DNA of 64,000 nucleotides. It comes from Octopus vulgaris. Taxonomy: Eukaryota. The notes beneath the pieces are model-generated. The model did not search any database. It saw only the letters and a list, made by a program, of their open reading frames with translations, and was not told the origin of the DNA. Made by a program: the position numbers and the translations under genes. Shown here in pieces: positions 43,855 to 57,750 of this stretch (its first letter is position 1; each line of letters begins with the position of its first letter). Where the stretch lies: contig OX597832.1 in assembly GCA_951406725.2 (NCBI GenBank), positions 30,442,001 to 30,506,000 on the forward strand, given 5' to 3'.

Positions 43855-45210
43855 AGAAATAACAAAATAAAAAAACAAGCCAAAACAAAGAAAAAATCTC
43901 CAAAAGTAGATCTTTGAGGTCTACTGGAAACCCCACAAATCCACAGTCACCCTAACCATCAACACAAGTCCCCTTCTTTCAGCTGTCTTTCTCCAGTCTA
44001 CAGGTGCATGCTCGATCTGTTCCCTCTGTTTACGCAAATCATGCTCAGCAAAGCTGGTGAGAGGTAGCACCGCTTTCTTAATCCAAGTTTCCCTTTTCGA
44101 GTGAAACTTGAAAACTTGATGAGGGTTTGGCCCTTTCAGTTACAATCTCTTTCTCCACACGCAACCTCTTTCTCCATGGCCATTGAACAGATAAAAACTG
44201 CCTGTCCTTCCCGGCGAAAGTAAGGTAGTGGACTCAACTGATAACCAGATCCGTCCTTTATATGGCAGCTAGTGTTTCACTTAACTCCATAAGTGGGAAA
44301 TAGTAGGGCAGTTTTCATCTCGGACAGCACTTCCACTTCGATATAGTTTATTTCGAACCGGCAATGCCCCCAACCCAGTAGCACTGCCAAACCAGGGACT
44401 TCTAGAAATTATTCATGGGCCCTGGCTCGAATATCCTTTGAAATAGACCAACCAGTTTGCTTTTACCGACGCGCACAGTTTCTCTAGAATGTCGTCGCTT
44501 TTATCCACCATTTGTCTACTCTTGAATGCCAGTGTATAACTTCCGTCTACCACATTGGCCGACCGGTAGAGGGTTGAGAGCGCTTCATGACATTCCAGGC
44601 GACAAGCGTCCTGTCTTGGTCTTTGATAGAACTGCAGACCTGGGTCCATGAAAGAGACGAAACCACACTTACCATCAAAGAAACACTGGAGATATCGCAA
44701 TTTCAGCGCATGCGTGCGTATCATCAGCCACGGCCTGCCTGGTCGTCCATGTTGCGGATGTTGAACGCAACATGGAACACGTGACAAGTGGAACACATCT
44801 CTTTAACAAAAAGGGGAAAAGCAGACGCTCCAGGGCGGTCAGATGTGAACTGGAGTATGACACGATGGTCAAGCGGAAATAGATACAAAGGCGATGCAGG
44901 TGTTCGACGCTCTTCTTGGCATTTCAGGAATAGCTTGTTGGTCAATTCCTGTGCGGCCACCCTGCTTACCAGCTCTCATTCCAGTTTTTCTCCACCTGGA
45001 GATCTGAACTAAAGTAGACCCCCGGAGCAATTCATTAGGTTGGTCCATCCAGTGCCCCTTTATGTTGTTGATCAGAAAATCAGACATGTGTGCAAGGGCC
45101 GAAGTGCAGACCCACTGACTTCATCCGTTTGATTTTGGCTTCTGTTACTGTTTCGTCTTCCCTAGAATGGTGCCTCATACTCCCTGGGCACCATGCCAGC
45201 AATTCTGAGG
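43855..45210 (-). mobile_element. L1/Tx1-like LINE 3' fragment, degenerate
   Basis: Frameshifted segments such as HLTALERLLFPFL, CCVQHPQHG.PG.PWLMIRTHALKLRYL and DLQVEKNW, typical of the post-RT region of L1/Tx1 ORF2. A-rich end on + corresponds to a T-rich 3' UTR. Confidence 0.68.
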
Positions 45211-45214
45211 TTCA

Positions 45215-45699
45215 GTTACATCGACCCCAGAACTTGACTGGTACGTTATTATATCAGCTCCAAAAGGATGAAAGGGAAAATCAATCTCGGCGGGATTCGA
45301 ACTCAGAACGTGAAGAGACAGAAGAAATATAATAATAATGATAATAATAATAATAATAATAATAGATCGACCCCAGTGCGTAACTGGTACTTAATTTATC
45401 AACCCCGAAAGGATGAAATGCAAAGTCACCTCGGCGGAATTTGAACTCAGAACGTAAAGACAGACGAAATACCTATTTCTTTACTACTCACAAGGAGCTA
45501 AACACAGAGGGGACAAACAAGGACAGAAAACGGATTAAGTCGATTATATCGACCCCAGTGCGTAACTGGTACTTATTTAATCAACCACGAAAGGATGAAA
45601 AGCAAAGTCGACCTCAGCGGAATTTGAACTCAGAACGTAACGGCAGACGAAATACCGCTAAGCTTTTCGCCCGACGTGCTAACGTTTCTGCCAGCTCGC
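45215..45699 (-). mobile_element. Cluster of SINE family B copies (two partial, one nearly full at 45474-45699)
   Basis: Repeated TCGACCCCAG..AACTGGTAC..AAAGGATGAAA..GAATTTGAACTCAGAACGT, separated by (AAT)n. Confidence 0.88.
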
Positions 45700-45743
<44 letters not shown>

Positions 45744-45745
<2 letters not shown>

Positions 45746-46287
45746 GCCCTGATGCAGTACCAGGCTGTGGCTCTCATGGCTTCTGATCTTAACAGATTGG
45801 AAGTGTTATCATGTACATTGTTTTGTCTTGGTATAAAAGATGGGCTACAGCAAATATTCTGCTCAATACCACAGATTTGTTTGTCAGTTGTTTGACCGTA
45901 ACCAGTTGAGCATGTCCGTTAGTGGCTGACGATATGTGCATCTCTGATCACGAGCAGAAGTAGTAGGGGAGCATCATAGCCATGTGTTGAGAGGGATTCT
46001 TTGGGGTTTCAATAATTCACCTTTGGAAACATGGGCGTTTCGTTCAACATCCTTAAACAGACCTTATTCAGGGACCTTTTGAGTGGGGTGGGCTACTCGA
46101 CCTGAAGAAAATTCTAACTGGGCCCCACCTGCAAAGTTATGCGCTGTTAATCTTGACATGAGATCACCATGTCGCATACATATGGTTGTGATGCATGTGC
46201 CTGGTATACCCTTATCAGACGGGTATACTGGGATTTTGTATATTTTACCCCAGTGTCACTTTGATGGCATGCACTGCTCTCTCACTC
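45744..46287. mobile_element. Unclassified 544-bp element inserted in (AAT)n
   Basis: Sharp boundaries against (AAT)n on both sides. Partial inverted copy 2 kb upstream. Confidence 0.7.
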
Positions 46288-46294
46288 AATAATA

Positions 46295-46325
<31 letters not shown>

Positions 46326-46339
46326 TAATAATAATTCTG

Positions 46340-46712
46340 CTGTAATCACAAGGCCTGAAATTGAGTGGAAGGGAGCTAATTGATTATATTGATAGCAATA
46401 TTCAGACTGGTTTTTATTTTATCCACCCCAGGGGGATGAATGGTAAACTTGACGTCGGCCGGATTTGAACTCAATAGCTAGAAGAAATATAAAGCATTTT
46501 ATCCGATGTTCTAATGATTCTGCCAGCTCGTTGCTTTACATAATTTCTGATCTTGGTACAAGGCCAGCAATTTCGAGGGGAGAGTATTGATCGATGCCAC
46601 TAATCTCAGTACTTAACAGGTCTTTTATTTATAGACTCCCAGGATTTGAACTCAGAAAGAATAAGAACGTATATCGCCAAGTCTTCTGTCTAACACTCTA
46701 ACGATTCTGCTC
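46340..46712 (-). mobile_element. Two degenerate SINE family B copies in tandem
   Basis: ACAAGGCC..AATT..GGGAG tail and GGATTTGAACTCA B-box each present twice. Confidence 0.7.
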
Positions 46713-47709
46713 AATTCTACTGTTCTACAAGGTCAACGGATAAAGGGACATTCCAAAGATAAATTATATACCCAGTGGGGATTTACATAAAGATCGATCC
46801 TGTCACCCTTGTTTCCATCCTTCATTGAAGCATCACCACTTGCAAGATGGAAATGCTGACAAGATGGAATATTCCTAATTTGCAATCGACTTCTGCTAAG
46901 AGAGGAGTGAACAAGTTTGGCTTATATTAATAAAGTGCTGACTATCCAAACTGGCGGAGAATATCTTCGTTTTTCATGATACCAGTTCATTACAGCCGGA
47001 CAGTACGAATTGACGTATCACGTCGTAAAGTTCTTTAATTAAGCCTGAAGTTGAGCTGTATCATTCAATATGTTGAACATTTAGTTATACACATGTCATA
47101 AAATTACTTCTTATCACAGATGGTTTGCAATGATTTAATTCCCACCCTTCCTTCAACAAATTTCACATATTCTAAGCGTGCATCTAAAATGCTAATCCAG
47201 TCGCTCACAAACACTAATAAACTGAACATCCTCAGTGTGAGCTTTGTGGCACACAAAAACGTCTGGCCGCTTGGTTTGTCTTCACTTTTTTTTGTTTTTA
47301 GTCTGTACACACACACACACACACATACACAAAATGTACTGTTCCTTGATAGAATATGTTTGAGATATTTCTCAACGTATGTATCTATTAGTACCACTTA
47401 AAGACATATGTTGTGTCCTTAAATAAATTATATTTCGTCTCTACAACGTTTCAGCATTCGTTTTGGCTGCCTGTTATGTCATTGCTGTTGTTGTAGCATT
47501 GTTGTTGTTGTTGTTGTTGATGTTCGTGTTGAGGTTGCGGTATCGGTATTATGTTGTTCGGGAAGGTTTTTGTCTAGGATTTTCAACTGTACCTAGACTC
47601 ACTCAAAACTGGCGATACCTATTAAGGCCCAGTATTGTGTCCCCTCTCTCTATCTCTCTCTTTCTCTTTCTCTCTATCTATCTTTATATCTCTCTCTATC
47701 TATCTCTCC

Positions 47710-47751
<42 letters not shown>

Positions 47752-48629
47752 ATGGATTATCACCAACCATTAGATGTTCGTTTCCGGTGGCACATGTCTC
47801 TCGGAATGAGGGTAAAATCTTCGCTTATGCACAACACAGCGGAATGCTTTTGAGTGTAACCATTCCTCCACCGTTCCGTATAATTTTGTTCCTTGTGATA
47901 CCATATTCCTCTTAGCTACTTCTCTACCAGTGTGTGCTTGGTCTTTTCACCTCTCCGCCATTTACTGCCCTCATTACCAACCGTTTCCCTTTTTCGCCAT
48001 CTCTCCGGATGGATCGTTTGGCTTCTCTTAGATCGGCCCAGCTGTTCTGTTCTAGGGACAAGTGCAAAGGCGGCTCTTGCAAAGGAACCAGCCTTTTCAG
48101 CATTCTTGCAGTAGATGTTCACGCTGTTATTACAGTTGTTGGTGATGATGATGATGATGATGCCAGCGAAAGGACGGTGGCCATGGTATCGTTGGCGATG
48201 TGTACGATTACATTTAATCCATTCGTTCTGGTTTCCATACGATCCATAATTGAGATCATTATCATCGAACTATTGGCAGAAAGGGTCGATGACGGGGAAA
48301 GCGGTGAATTGTCGTTGTTGTTGTAGCTGAAGTGGCTGCCGTCGTAATTAGTGGTGGTGGTTTTGGTGGTGGTGGTGGTGGTGGTGGTGGTAGCGTTGTT
48401 ACTATTTGCGTCTTTCCTAATGTGTCAGGTCCCTTGTGTCAGGTCCCTGTTCGTGTCAATTTTGGGGATGGTCATCTCGCAATGTGTGTAAATATTGCTA
48501 ATGTAAACTGGGGTGGGGAGGTTACGCTCGACCCTAGTATGTGACTGGTATTATAATGAAAATTTTTCCTGGCGAAATCTGAACTTAAAACATAAAGGGG
48601 TGTTTCTATTGTTTCGGTCACTCCACTCC

Positions 48630-48692
48630 TAATAATAATAATAATAATAATAATAGAGTGAGCGAGAGAGAGAGAGAGAGAGAGAGATTGAC

Positions 48693-48727
<35 letters not shown>

Positions 48728-49177
48728 AGGGTAGGTAGATGGAAAGATAGAAAGGTAGGTAGGTAGGTAGGTAGGTAGGTAGGTAGGTAGGTAGGCAGGC
48801 AGGTAGGTAGGTAGGTAGGTAGGTAGGTAGGTAGGTAGACAGGCAGACACGTAGATAGGTAGGTAGGTAGGTAGGCAGGTAGGTAGGTAGGTAGGTAGGT
48901 AGGTAGGTAGGTAGGTAGGTAGGTAGGTAGACAGACAGACAGGCAGACAGGCAGACACGTAGATAGGTAGGTAGGTAGGTAGGTAGGTAGGTAGGTAGGT
49001 AGGTAGACAGGCAGACAGGCAGACACGTAGATAGGTAGGTAGGTAGGTAGGCAGGTAGGTAGGTAGGTAGGTAGGTAGGTAGGTAGGTAGGTAGGTAGGT
49101 AGGTAGGTAGACAGGCAGACAGGCAGACACGTAGATAGGTAGGTAGGTAGGTAGGTAGGTAGGTAGGTAGGTAGGTA
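48630..49177. repeat. Compound microsatellite (AAT)(AG)(AGAT)(AGGT)n with higher-order unit
   Basis: AGACAGGCAGACACGTAGAT recurs four times within (AGGT)n. Confidence 0.92.
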
Positions 49178-50437
49178 CTACCATACATACAAGAAGTCCG
49201 TAGATATTAACTGCTATGGATAGATAAGCTTCGAAAGAGCCGAGGGATAAAAAACGCCTAAGTCTTACTAGTAAAAAACTTTAAAAACTTATGAAATGTG
49301 TGTAAAGACGGAAATATCTTTTACCGTTGTGCCGCCAGTAAATACAACTAGAATAACAACTTGCAACAACAATTATAAAATTAACTGTAAATTCGGTTAG
49401 TAGTATAAAACCCAGAATTCTATGTAAAGTGCCACGTGTCTTGTATTGCACTTTAAATTTGTACCCCAATTTTACAAGTAGTAAATTTTAAAATCCGATC
49501 TGACAATCCGAAAGGAGTTGTCGCAATATTCCAAGACAATTAAATGCCTTTTGCAATCCACCAATCCATTGTTGCAGCCTGACAAGACACAATATTTGAT
49601 TAGGTTTCAAGAATTACAATTTAGGAATACTGTTTTCAATGAGGAATGAAATGCATTAAAAAAATGTCTGATTTGGAAAGTAATTCGTATTGGCAGCTTA
49701 AGGACATCGACCGTACAGAACACTAATTTAGAAGTAAAAACAAGTTTAATTAATGCTACAATCCGAAATATAGTAAACAAGAGAGAAACTGTTCATTAAG
49801 TGACTGCTGTATGTTTTGTAGTTTTCCCAGATCAAGTTAATAATGGAAGTAAACCTGTTTATTAATAGCGCTCCACCCGCGACAAACAACTTTCAGTTTA
49901 GCAGGATAATAAATAGTTCGCATCGTTTAATAATTAACACACGGAATATTAATTTTTAATTTGGATTTTGCTGGTGAAATATATCAATGCATATGTATAA
50001 ATGTGTGGGAAGAGTGGAATTGTGTGTGTATATGTATGTATGTATTTATGTATGTATGTATGTATTGTATGTAGCTATTGTGTATATATTGTACGTATGT
50101 ATATGTATATATTGCATGTATGTATATATTGTACGTATGTATATGTATATATTGCATGTATGTATGTTTGTATGTATGTGTGTATGTATGTATGCATGTA
50201 TATATGTATGCATTGTATGTTTGTATGTATCTGTTATGTATGTATATATTGTACGTATGTATATATTGTATGTATGTATATATGTATGTATTGTATGTAT
50301 GTATGTATATATGTATGTATGTATGTATGTATTGTATGTTTGTATGTATTATGTATGTATATGTAGGTATATACTGTACGTATGTATATATTGTATGTAT
50401 GTATGTATGTATGTATGTATGTATATATGTATGTATA

Positions 50438-51320
50438 CAGGGTGGTCCAAAGATGCATATGTACATTGGATGATTCCAAAGTCAGTGCTTATAACAATAT
50501 TTCTCGTTTCCAAAATTTCATTGAATCAGCTCACACAATTTCACTTATTTATTTATTTTTATAGAAACGTCTGTTTTCAAATCGATGGTCGTTCTGTTCC
50601 AGGCTGGTTTCGTTTGGTATTTGTGCGCATTCTTATTCAATATTCTCTCCTAAATTCTTCAACTATTGCTGGTTTAGGACCCAAAACTTGAACGTTTAAG
50701 TACGCCCATTGAAAAAGTCTGATGGCTGCAGAAAGCATTCTGAATAAGCCTCTTTGTTCGACCCATCTGTTTGGCAAAATCTCACCAAAGTAGACTCTTA
50801 CTACAATCACAATAGTAATGTATGGGAGCCCCATTTTGCAGAAATATGGCTCCACGTCTTCGAAGTTTTCTTCAATGTTTGACATGACAGATTATCACAG
50901 CAAGTTTAACTAAATGGGACCAGTCACAGTACCGTCAAAAGAAGAATGGTCCAGTTAATCCTTTTTATGATAAGCCTCGCCGTTCTGTTACTCCTGGTGA
51001 ATTCACATGATATTCCTTCATAATAAGTGTTCCTTCATAATAAACGGTGGTGGTGGTGGTGATGGGTGGTAATGCGGGGATGGAAAGAATTCGTAGCAAA
51101 CTACTGGACATAAAATATTGTGAGACGTGACAAAATGCATTGAACATAACTACTTCCACGCTGTGTAGAATGTACAGTTGTTTCATCACAGTCGCTGTTG
51201 ATGCACGTACAGACGTTCATTCATACATTGATATTTTTGATAGTTTCCCCATTCTTTAAAATGTCAATCAAAACAACCATTTCTTCTTTCCCTGCAGTGT
51301 AAAACCTTTCATATTTTCTC
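50438..51320 (-). mobile_element. Tc1/mariner relic, rosa/DD41D-like
   Basis: TA-CAGGGTGGTCCAAA terminus. Minus-strand YFLQNGAPIHY, PNRWVEQRG and LFQWAYLNVQVL..KP resemble FQQDGAP.H..RWI.R.G..FFLWGYLK..VY. Confidence 0.65.
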
Positions 51321-52779
51321 TGTCGAATCTTCAACTTTTCGCTGCCGATGTCAAGTCTCTAAAATTATTTGAGTTCTTCATGGAGAGTTACAGATATTGA
51401 TAAATAGATTTCGTTGGGACCACTGGTCCTTCTCAGTTAGCACCCCTACTCTGGAGCTTTTAGTTTGATCTTCGTTTAATTGCATTGATCCCACAAAATG
51501 ATCGGGGTTTGTGGGGCGTCACTTGGAGGGCTTTAGTCTCTTCTTTATAAGCTTAACCCACTGCATGCCGGTTACAGAACAGTAGTCAAATATATCCCAA
51601 TAATTCACTGTCGATTTACTTTATCGACCTCGGAAGGTCGATAGCTAGTCCCAATGGGATTTCAAAACAGGAAATAAAGGGCGGAACAAATATTGCGAGG
51701 CATTTTGTCGGACACTCTAACGACACCTCAATCAGCCGGTCTTAAAATATTAACTAATTAATCATGTCTGTGTTGTTGTTGTTGTTGCTATTGTTGCTAT
51801 TGTTCTTGTTAACAACAATCGTGATGTTCTTTCTATTACTGACTCAGTTTTTTTTTTCTTTTAGTGTTGTTGTTGTTGTTATAAACAGTTCCGAATCAAC
51901 ATTTTACGTAAAGAGGTCGCTGAATGCCACTTGTGAATCTCTGCAGTAAAAGCCGTGTTGTGATAATGCGGATGTTTTGCTGATTATAATGGCTCCATAA
52001 ACGTCTTCTTTAAAGGAATTGAAAGCATGTTAAGTTACTGCCATGTGTTTGCCTTGTTTCCGACAGCAGTTGCTTTGTTGGCAATGGAAATCAAGGAAAG
52101 CTCAAGAAAGAAAAAAAATAATGAAAACAAATTGGTTTCTCGATTATTGCAGTTAAGGATGATATATCTATATAAGTAGATAATTTTGTTGCTATCTTAG
52201 TTTTTCTAGTTTAATTTCTTTGTTGATGAAAGTATTAAGACACGTCGGCAACGATATTGTGCGTAAAAGGATAAATGTTAGATAAAAATGCAAACAGTTG
52301 CCTCCTATTGCGTTATATGATCCTCGGATGGCAATATTCTACAGAGAATCTTTGCTGAGACACATTGTAACTTGTGCAGTGTTTGCAGTGTTCGCTACTT
52401 CATTGATATTAATGAGAGTTCTACAGAGCTCTTTAATGTCTTACCATAAAATAACTGGCAATTACAAATGGTAAAAATAGAATGGGAAAGCAAAAAGGAT
52501 ATAAGCTATTTAATATACAATAGCAAATAACTCAGAGAACATAACAATTGGTTTGGAAATTATGTGTACAGATAATAGTTTCGTAAATAAGAGATTAGGG
52601 CACCGGATTCTCCAATATATCAGAATTAAATAAATAATATCGAAGCCTGTTCTGTTTATCTATTTGTTGTTTTTTTAAATATTTTTTGTGTGAATTTCTA
52701 CTGCTGTAATAAACTTATTCTATACACTTGATGTAGTCAACATATACACTTGTTTCTTTGTGGGAGAAGGATATGAAGG

Positions 52780-53200
52780 AGTTTAGCTAACTCTTTAGTT
52801 CGATTGTTGTGATCTGAGAAAAACGGCCAAAGAGAAAATTGTCCTCGGGAGTGGTAGTGGTGCATTGTTCTGTATGTTTGCAGGTCTTCTTAGACAATTG
52901 AGATTGGTCGGTGTTCCGTGTAGAATATCTATAAGTCAGGTATCTGAAAAGAACAATGGGCAGTGGAGGGAGTTCTAGAGAGGTAGGGTAAAATCCAGTT
53001 GTCATGTCCAACATTGAGTAGGTCGAAGTTATCAATAGCCAAGTTAGAATTAGTGAAAGGCAGAGATTGTCATGTCTCTGATATATCTGGCTTGATGGAA
53101 GTTTTGGGAGGAATCTTACGCTAATGAAGAAACTGTTTAAATTATGAGAAAGGTGAGACACCAAGCGGAAAGTAGAGAATAAAGGTAGAAGAAAGGAGTA
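52780..53200 (-). mobile_element. Possible old LINE (CR1/L2-like) ORF2 C-terminal relic
   Basis: QRHDNLCL..YSTRN..DNFLFGR spacing resembles the end of CR1/L2 ORF2. Weak. Confidence 0.35.
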
Positions 53201-55300
53201 GGTATGAGGGGTGGAGGAGAGATAAAGTAAGTGCCACTGTGGAAAGGGGATTTGCTTAACGACAATTTAAACTTAAAACTGATACAGGTGGATGTGAAGA
53301 TTACAAATCTTCTTGACATTGTCTTATCGTCTGACTCCCTTTTATCGCTTCCCTATTTGCAAAATACTGTAGAACTCTCTTCAGTCGCATCTCTCCATTC
53401 AAATGCTGTAAAACTGCTAAACGAGACATTTTTCTTTTCATTATAAATAGTCAAGCTAGTAATTAGTCAATGCAGTCAACTCTTGAGTAACAAATTCGTG
53501 TTTCTTTTCTTGGGCAACTTCTAAATTGGCTGGATTATCTACTTCTTCGTTTTGCTTCGCTGTAGGATTAGATATCGAATATATGCGGGAAGCTGCCTAA
53601 AACGGACTAGCGTCCTGGCCGGGGTGAAATTCGCCTATCATCTGCTTAAGACTGTGGAAAATGAAATTAATCAACAAACTTATGGAGTTAAGTAGTTTGT
53701 GAAACAATGAAGTTAACACCTGTACTATATTAAAGGGAAGGGCTTATATAAATAAAGGAAACATCAATATTCGAACCCGAACATTTTGGGAGTGTTCTTA
53801 TGAATGAGTTGAGCGCCGTTGCTTTTATTAATTGCTATTTCGTTGGTAATTTAAAGACAATGTCACCGCTATTGTAATCTTAATAAGTAGTTGGTCATTC
53901 GGTCCACATATGTTAACTTTATTAATCTGTTGAAGTATCTCCCTTAAATAGCGTATACCCAGTCACACGTGACCCAAGACACGCAGTAAATGTTTGCACT
54001 CAACACGATATCTAAATCAACAAACAATTTGTCCTCTTTCTTTTTCTTTTCTTTTTCTAAATTAACTTTTAATTATAATTTAATGGATACTGTCTCTAGG
54101 CTGGTAGGTCTTCATTATGGCTTCATAGATTTCAGCAGTGAAGAGCAAACCAAACAACAATCTTTTAAACGACCACGGCTAATGGGCGGACAATTCACTG
54201 CAAGTTGTCATTAAGTAAAATCGATAACGCCAACATCTTTAGCCAAGCAATCCTCACAAAACCGCCATGTTTGAAGCAGATGAAGAATGAACAATGACAA
54301 ACAATGGAACAAATATGGTATGTAATCAATAGCAGGGAAGAGTATCTACAGCTCCATGCCAGACGACATAACTAGCGACTTCCATCGTTTAGGCTTTTCC
54401 TATTCATTCCGTTTCTATGTTGTATATTTATAATATTATCACCTTTTAAATCACCGACAGTCTTATTTATTTGCTATAACATTGTCAATGTTATCACGGA
54501 TGATGTCAGTATTGCTGTTGTTGTTGCTGATGATGATGATGATGCTGTTTGTTATCGTTGTTTTTTCACAATTATTTTACTCCATTTTATTTTCGTTTTT
54601 CATTCATTTTTGTTTGTTTCTGCCTTTTCTGGTTGTTGTTTTTTCCATTTTTTTAAATATTTTTTTTATTTTATTTTTCTTCCTTTCTATAATTTGTTTC
54701 ACACATTCTTCTTCTTCTTCTTCTTCTTCTTCTTCTTCTTCTTCTTCTCCGATTTGTCAGTCTCCTTCTCCTCGCTTTTTGTTTCATGTAATGAGAGGAA
54801 AACGATAATCGCTTGTTTATTCCCGGCAAATAAGAAAAGCAAACAGCGAATGTGTTCCTGCGTTTGTCTAAACACAGAGAACATCTCTGGATGAATGGAG
54901 CCTGAGGGGAGAGGATGATACAAAGAGGGGAGAGAGGGAGGCATTGGAAGGGTAAAATAGACGCGGTGGGAGGAGAAATAACAGTGATGGGGAGAGAGAG
55001 AGAGAGCTGTGAGAGGAAGGTGCACCTCTGTGTAAACTATCATTGTTGCCATTGTTCAGGCTTTCTCAATGTGTCTGTGTGTTTGTATGTCTTCGTGAAT
55101 GTGGGTGAGATGTTTGTATTTTGGTATATCTGCTGTATTTGGATGCGTGTGTATGTGTGCGCGTACGTGTGTATGTGTGTGTGTGTGTATGTAGTGTGCG
55201 TCTGTGTGTGTGTGTGTGTCTGTATTAATATTAGGTTGTTGAGTTTGTTAACACATTAACGACTGATAATATAATTTTTCTGAACCGGAAATAGCATTAG

Positions 55301-55341
<41 letters not shown>

Positions 55342-55399
55342 GGTTTGTATGTATAAACATATTAGTTTGTATGTATGTCTGAAATAATAATAATAATAA

Positions 55400-55515
55400 C
55401 AATATTACGGAAATGTACTTGCATAGCAAGTGACCTGATCTGAGATCGTGTGCTGGAACGAAAACAATTACAGAGTGGAAGGTGTTTATAAGCCATTTAA
55501 GAAACACACAAAATA
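55400..55515 (+). mobile_element. Short insert in (AAT)n, possibly R4/Dong-like 3' end
   Basis: ATATTACGGAAATGTACTTGCATAG resembles an ILR.VL* terminus. Bounded by (AAT)n. Confidence 0.35.
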
Positions 55516-55526
55516 CAATAATAATG

Positions 55527-55572
<46 letters not shown>

Positions 55573-55573
<1 letters not shown>

Positions 55574-55940
55574 CCTTTCTACTAAAGGCACAAAAGTTGG
55601 GATTTTGTAGGGAGGAGGAGCTAATCAATTACATCGACCTCAGTGGTTAACTGGTACTTATTTTATCGATCCCGAAGGATGATAGTAAAAGTCGACCTAT
55701 GCAGAATTTGAACTTAGAACGTAAAGTGGGGAAAAAATCCTGCAAAGCATTTTGTCCGGCGTACTAATAATAATAATAATAATCTTTTCTACCATAGAGA
55801 CAAGGCCTGATATTTTGGCGGGAGGGAGCTAGTCGATTACATCCACCCCAAAAAGAATGAAATGTTAAGTCGACCCTGGCGGTATTTGAACTCAAAACGT
55901 AAAACTGACGAAATGCCGCTAAGCATTTTGTCCGGCTTGC

Positions 55941-55977
<37 letters not shown>

Positions 55978-56415
55978 CGAAATCGAAATGGAATGGTGTT
56001 TCATCAGGACAATGCGCGACCCCACACTGCAAAGATCACATCACAGAAGATCGAAGAATTTGATTTGGAAAAAATTCCTCATCCACTTATTCTGCCGACC
56101 TTGCTCCTTCAGACTACCATTTGTTTCGTAGTTTACAGAATCATTTGGGGGACATAACTTTCGCAAGCCAGGAGGAGGAGGTCGAAACTGACATTTCAGA
56201 GTTATTCGCTTTGAAACCAAAAGAGTTTTACATTGATGTACAAGTCCCGAAATTTTAGGGGAGGGGACCAGTCGATTAGATCGATCCCAGTACACAACTG
56301 GTACTTAATTTATCGACCCCGGAAGGCTGAAAGGCAAAGTCGACCTTAGTGGTATTTGAACTCAGCGAGAGAATTGTTGCTAATCATTTTTATCCAACGC
56401 TCTGACGATTCTGCA
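55573..56415 (-). mobile_element. Three SINE family B copies in tandem, with a mariner fragment between the second and third
   Basis: Copies at about 55573-55762, 55783-55940 and 56240-56415, all minus strand. (AAT)n spacers flank the first two. Confidence 0.8.
55985..56238 (+). pseudogene. Mariner transposase C-terminal fragment
   Basis: VFHQDNARPHTA..IPHP/YSADLAPSDYHLFRSLQNHL (second and third catalytic D, with a frameshift). Confidence 0.9.
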
Positions 56416-56787
56416 ATAATAAGAAAAGAAAGGGAGATGGATTTTTATAGAACAAACCTAAGAAGATGGAGATAATAGAATGCAGCTTCCATCAAATAAA
56501 GAAGACAATGTGGGGAGAAACCAACAATAAGCCCTCGTTATTATTTAGCTTCGGGTCAGCCTTGATCCAGTTGGCCAATATTCCAGCCATGACAATCCCG
56601 TCTATTTAGTATTTAGGCGGATTAATCGATGTTATTTTTTATTCTAAGACGTTGATGGAAGGGTGAGAGAAACATGGTTGCCTGTTTTGAACATCTTGCG
56701 CAATCGCATGGAAGTTCGTTCGCTTACTCGACCGTGACGCAGGATTCGTCACACGGAAGTTGCCGAACTGTGACGACAGAATCTGAC

Positions 56788-56855
<68 letters not shown>

Positions 56856-56908
56856 TCCATGAGATAGACAGGAAGTGATGTATAGTTGTTTATGTAACAC
56901 ACACGTTA

Positions 56909-56964
<56 letters not shown>

Positions 56965-57075
56965 TTCTCTCACTTTCTCTCTCTCTCTTTCTCTCTCTCT
57001 CACTTTCTCTCTCTCTCTCTCATATATATATTATTTATGTTATTATTTGATTGAACGCCACGCATCAATTTCCAA

Positions 57076-57208
<133 letters not shown>

Positions 57209-57750
57209 CATATAGTGGTTCGGCAAAAGAGATCGATAGAACGGGTACCAGGCTTTTAAAAGACAAATAAGTATAGGGGTTGATTCCTTTGACTAAAAAT
57301 TCTTCAAGGTGATGCCCCAGCTTGGCCACAGTATAATGGCTGAAACAAGTAAATCATAAATTATATGTGTGTGTGTGGGACCGTGTGTATAAGCATAGAA
57401 TGGTTGAATCATTAAGTAGATTGCTTCCAATCGTGATGCCGGGTTCAATTCCACAGCATGGTTTCTCGGGTACGTACCATTTTCTTTAGCCTCGAGTTAA
57501 CCCAAATCTAGTGAAGGAAACTGGCTTGGCGGAGACTGTGCAGAAGCCTGTACCTATAATCCCTAGTCGTCCTGTATCATACCGCACGGGAATTACATTA
57601 AGGATACACGAGTCTAGAATATTTATCCGTTTATTTGCTAATTCAATGAACCTCGAATTTCCGTTGGTCGAAACAACAAAACCCAGGAAGATTTATACAC
57701 GATTAACTTTGATGCTCTTATTGGCTACTTCTTCCTCTGGAGTAGGTCAC

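Noticed and set aside
46790-47290. Possible decayed coding sequence on the minus strand
   Set aside because: Multiple stops and no motif I can assign with confidence.
48750-49177. CRISPR-like repeat-spacer pattern
   Set aside because: Spacers are the same AGGT microsatellite, the context is eukaryotic, and no cas genes are present.
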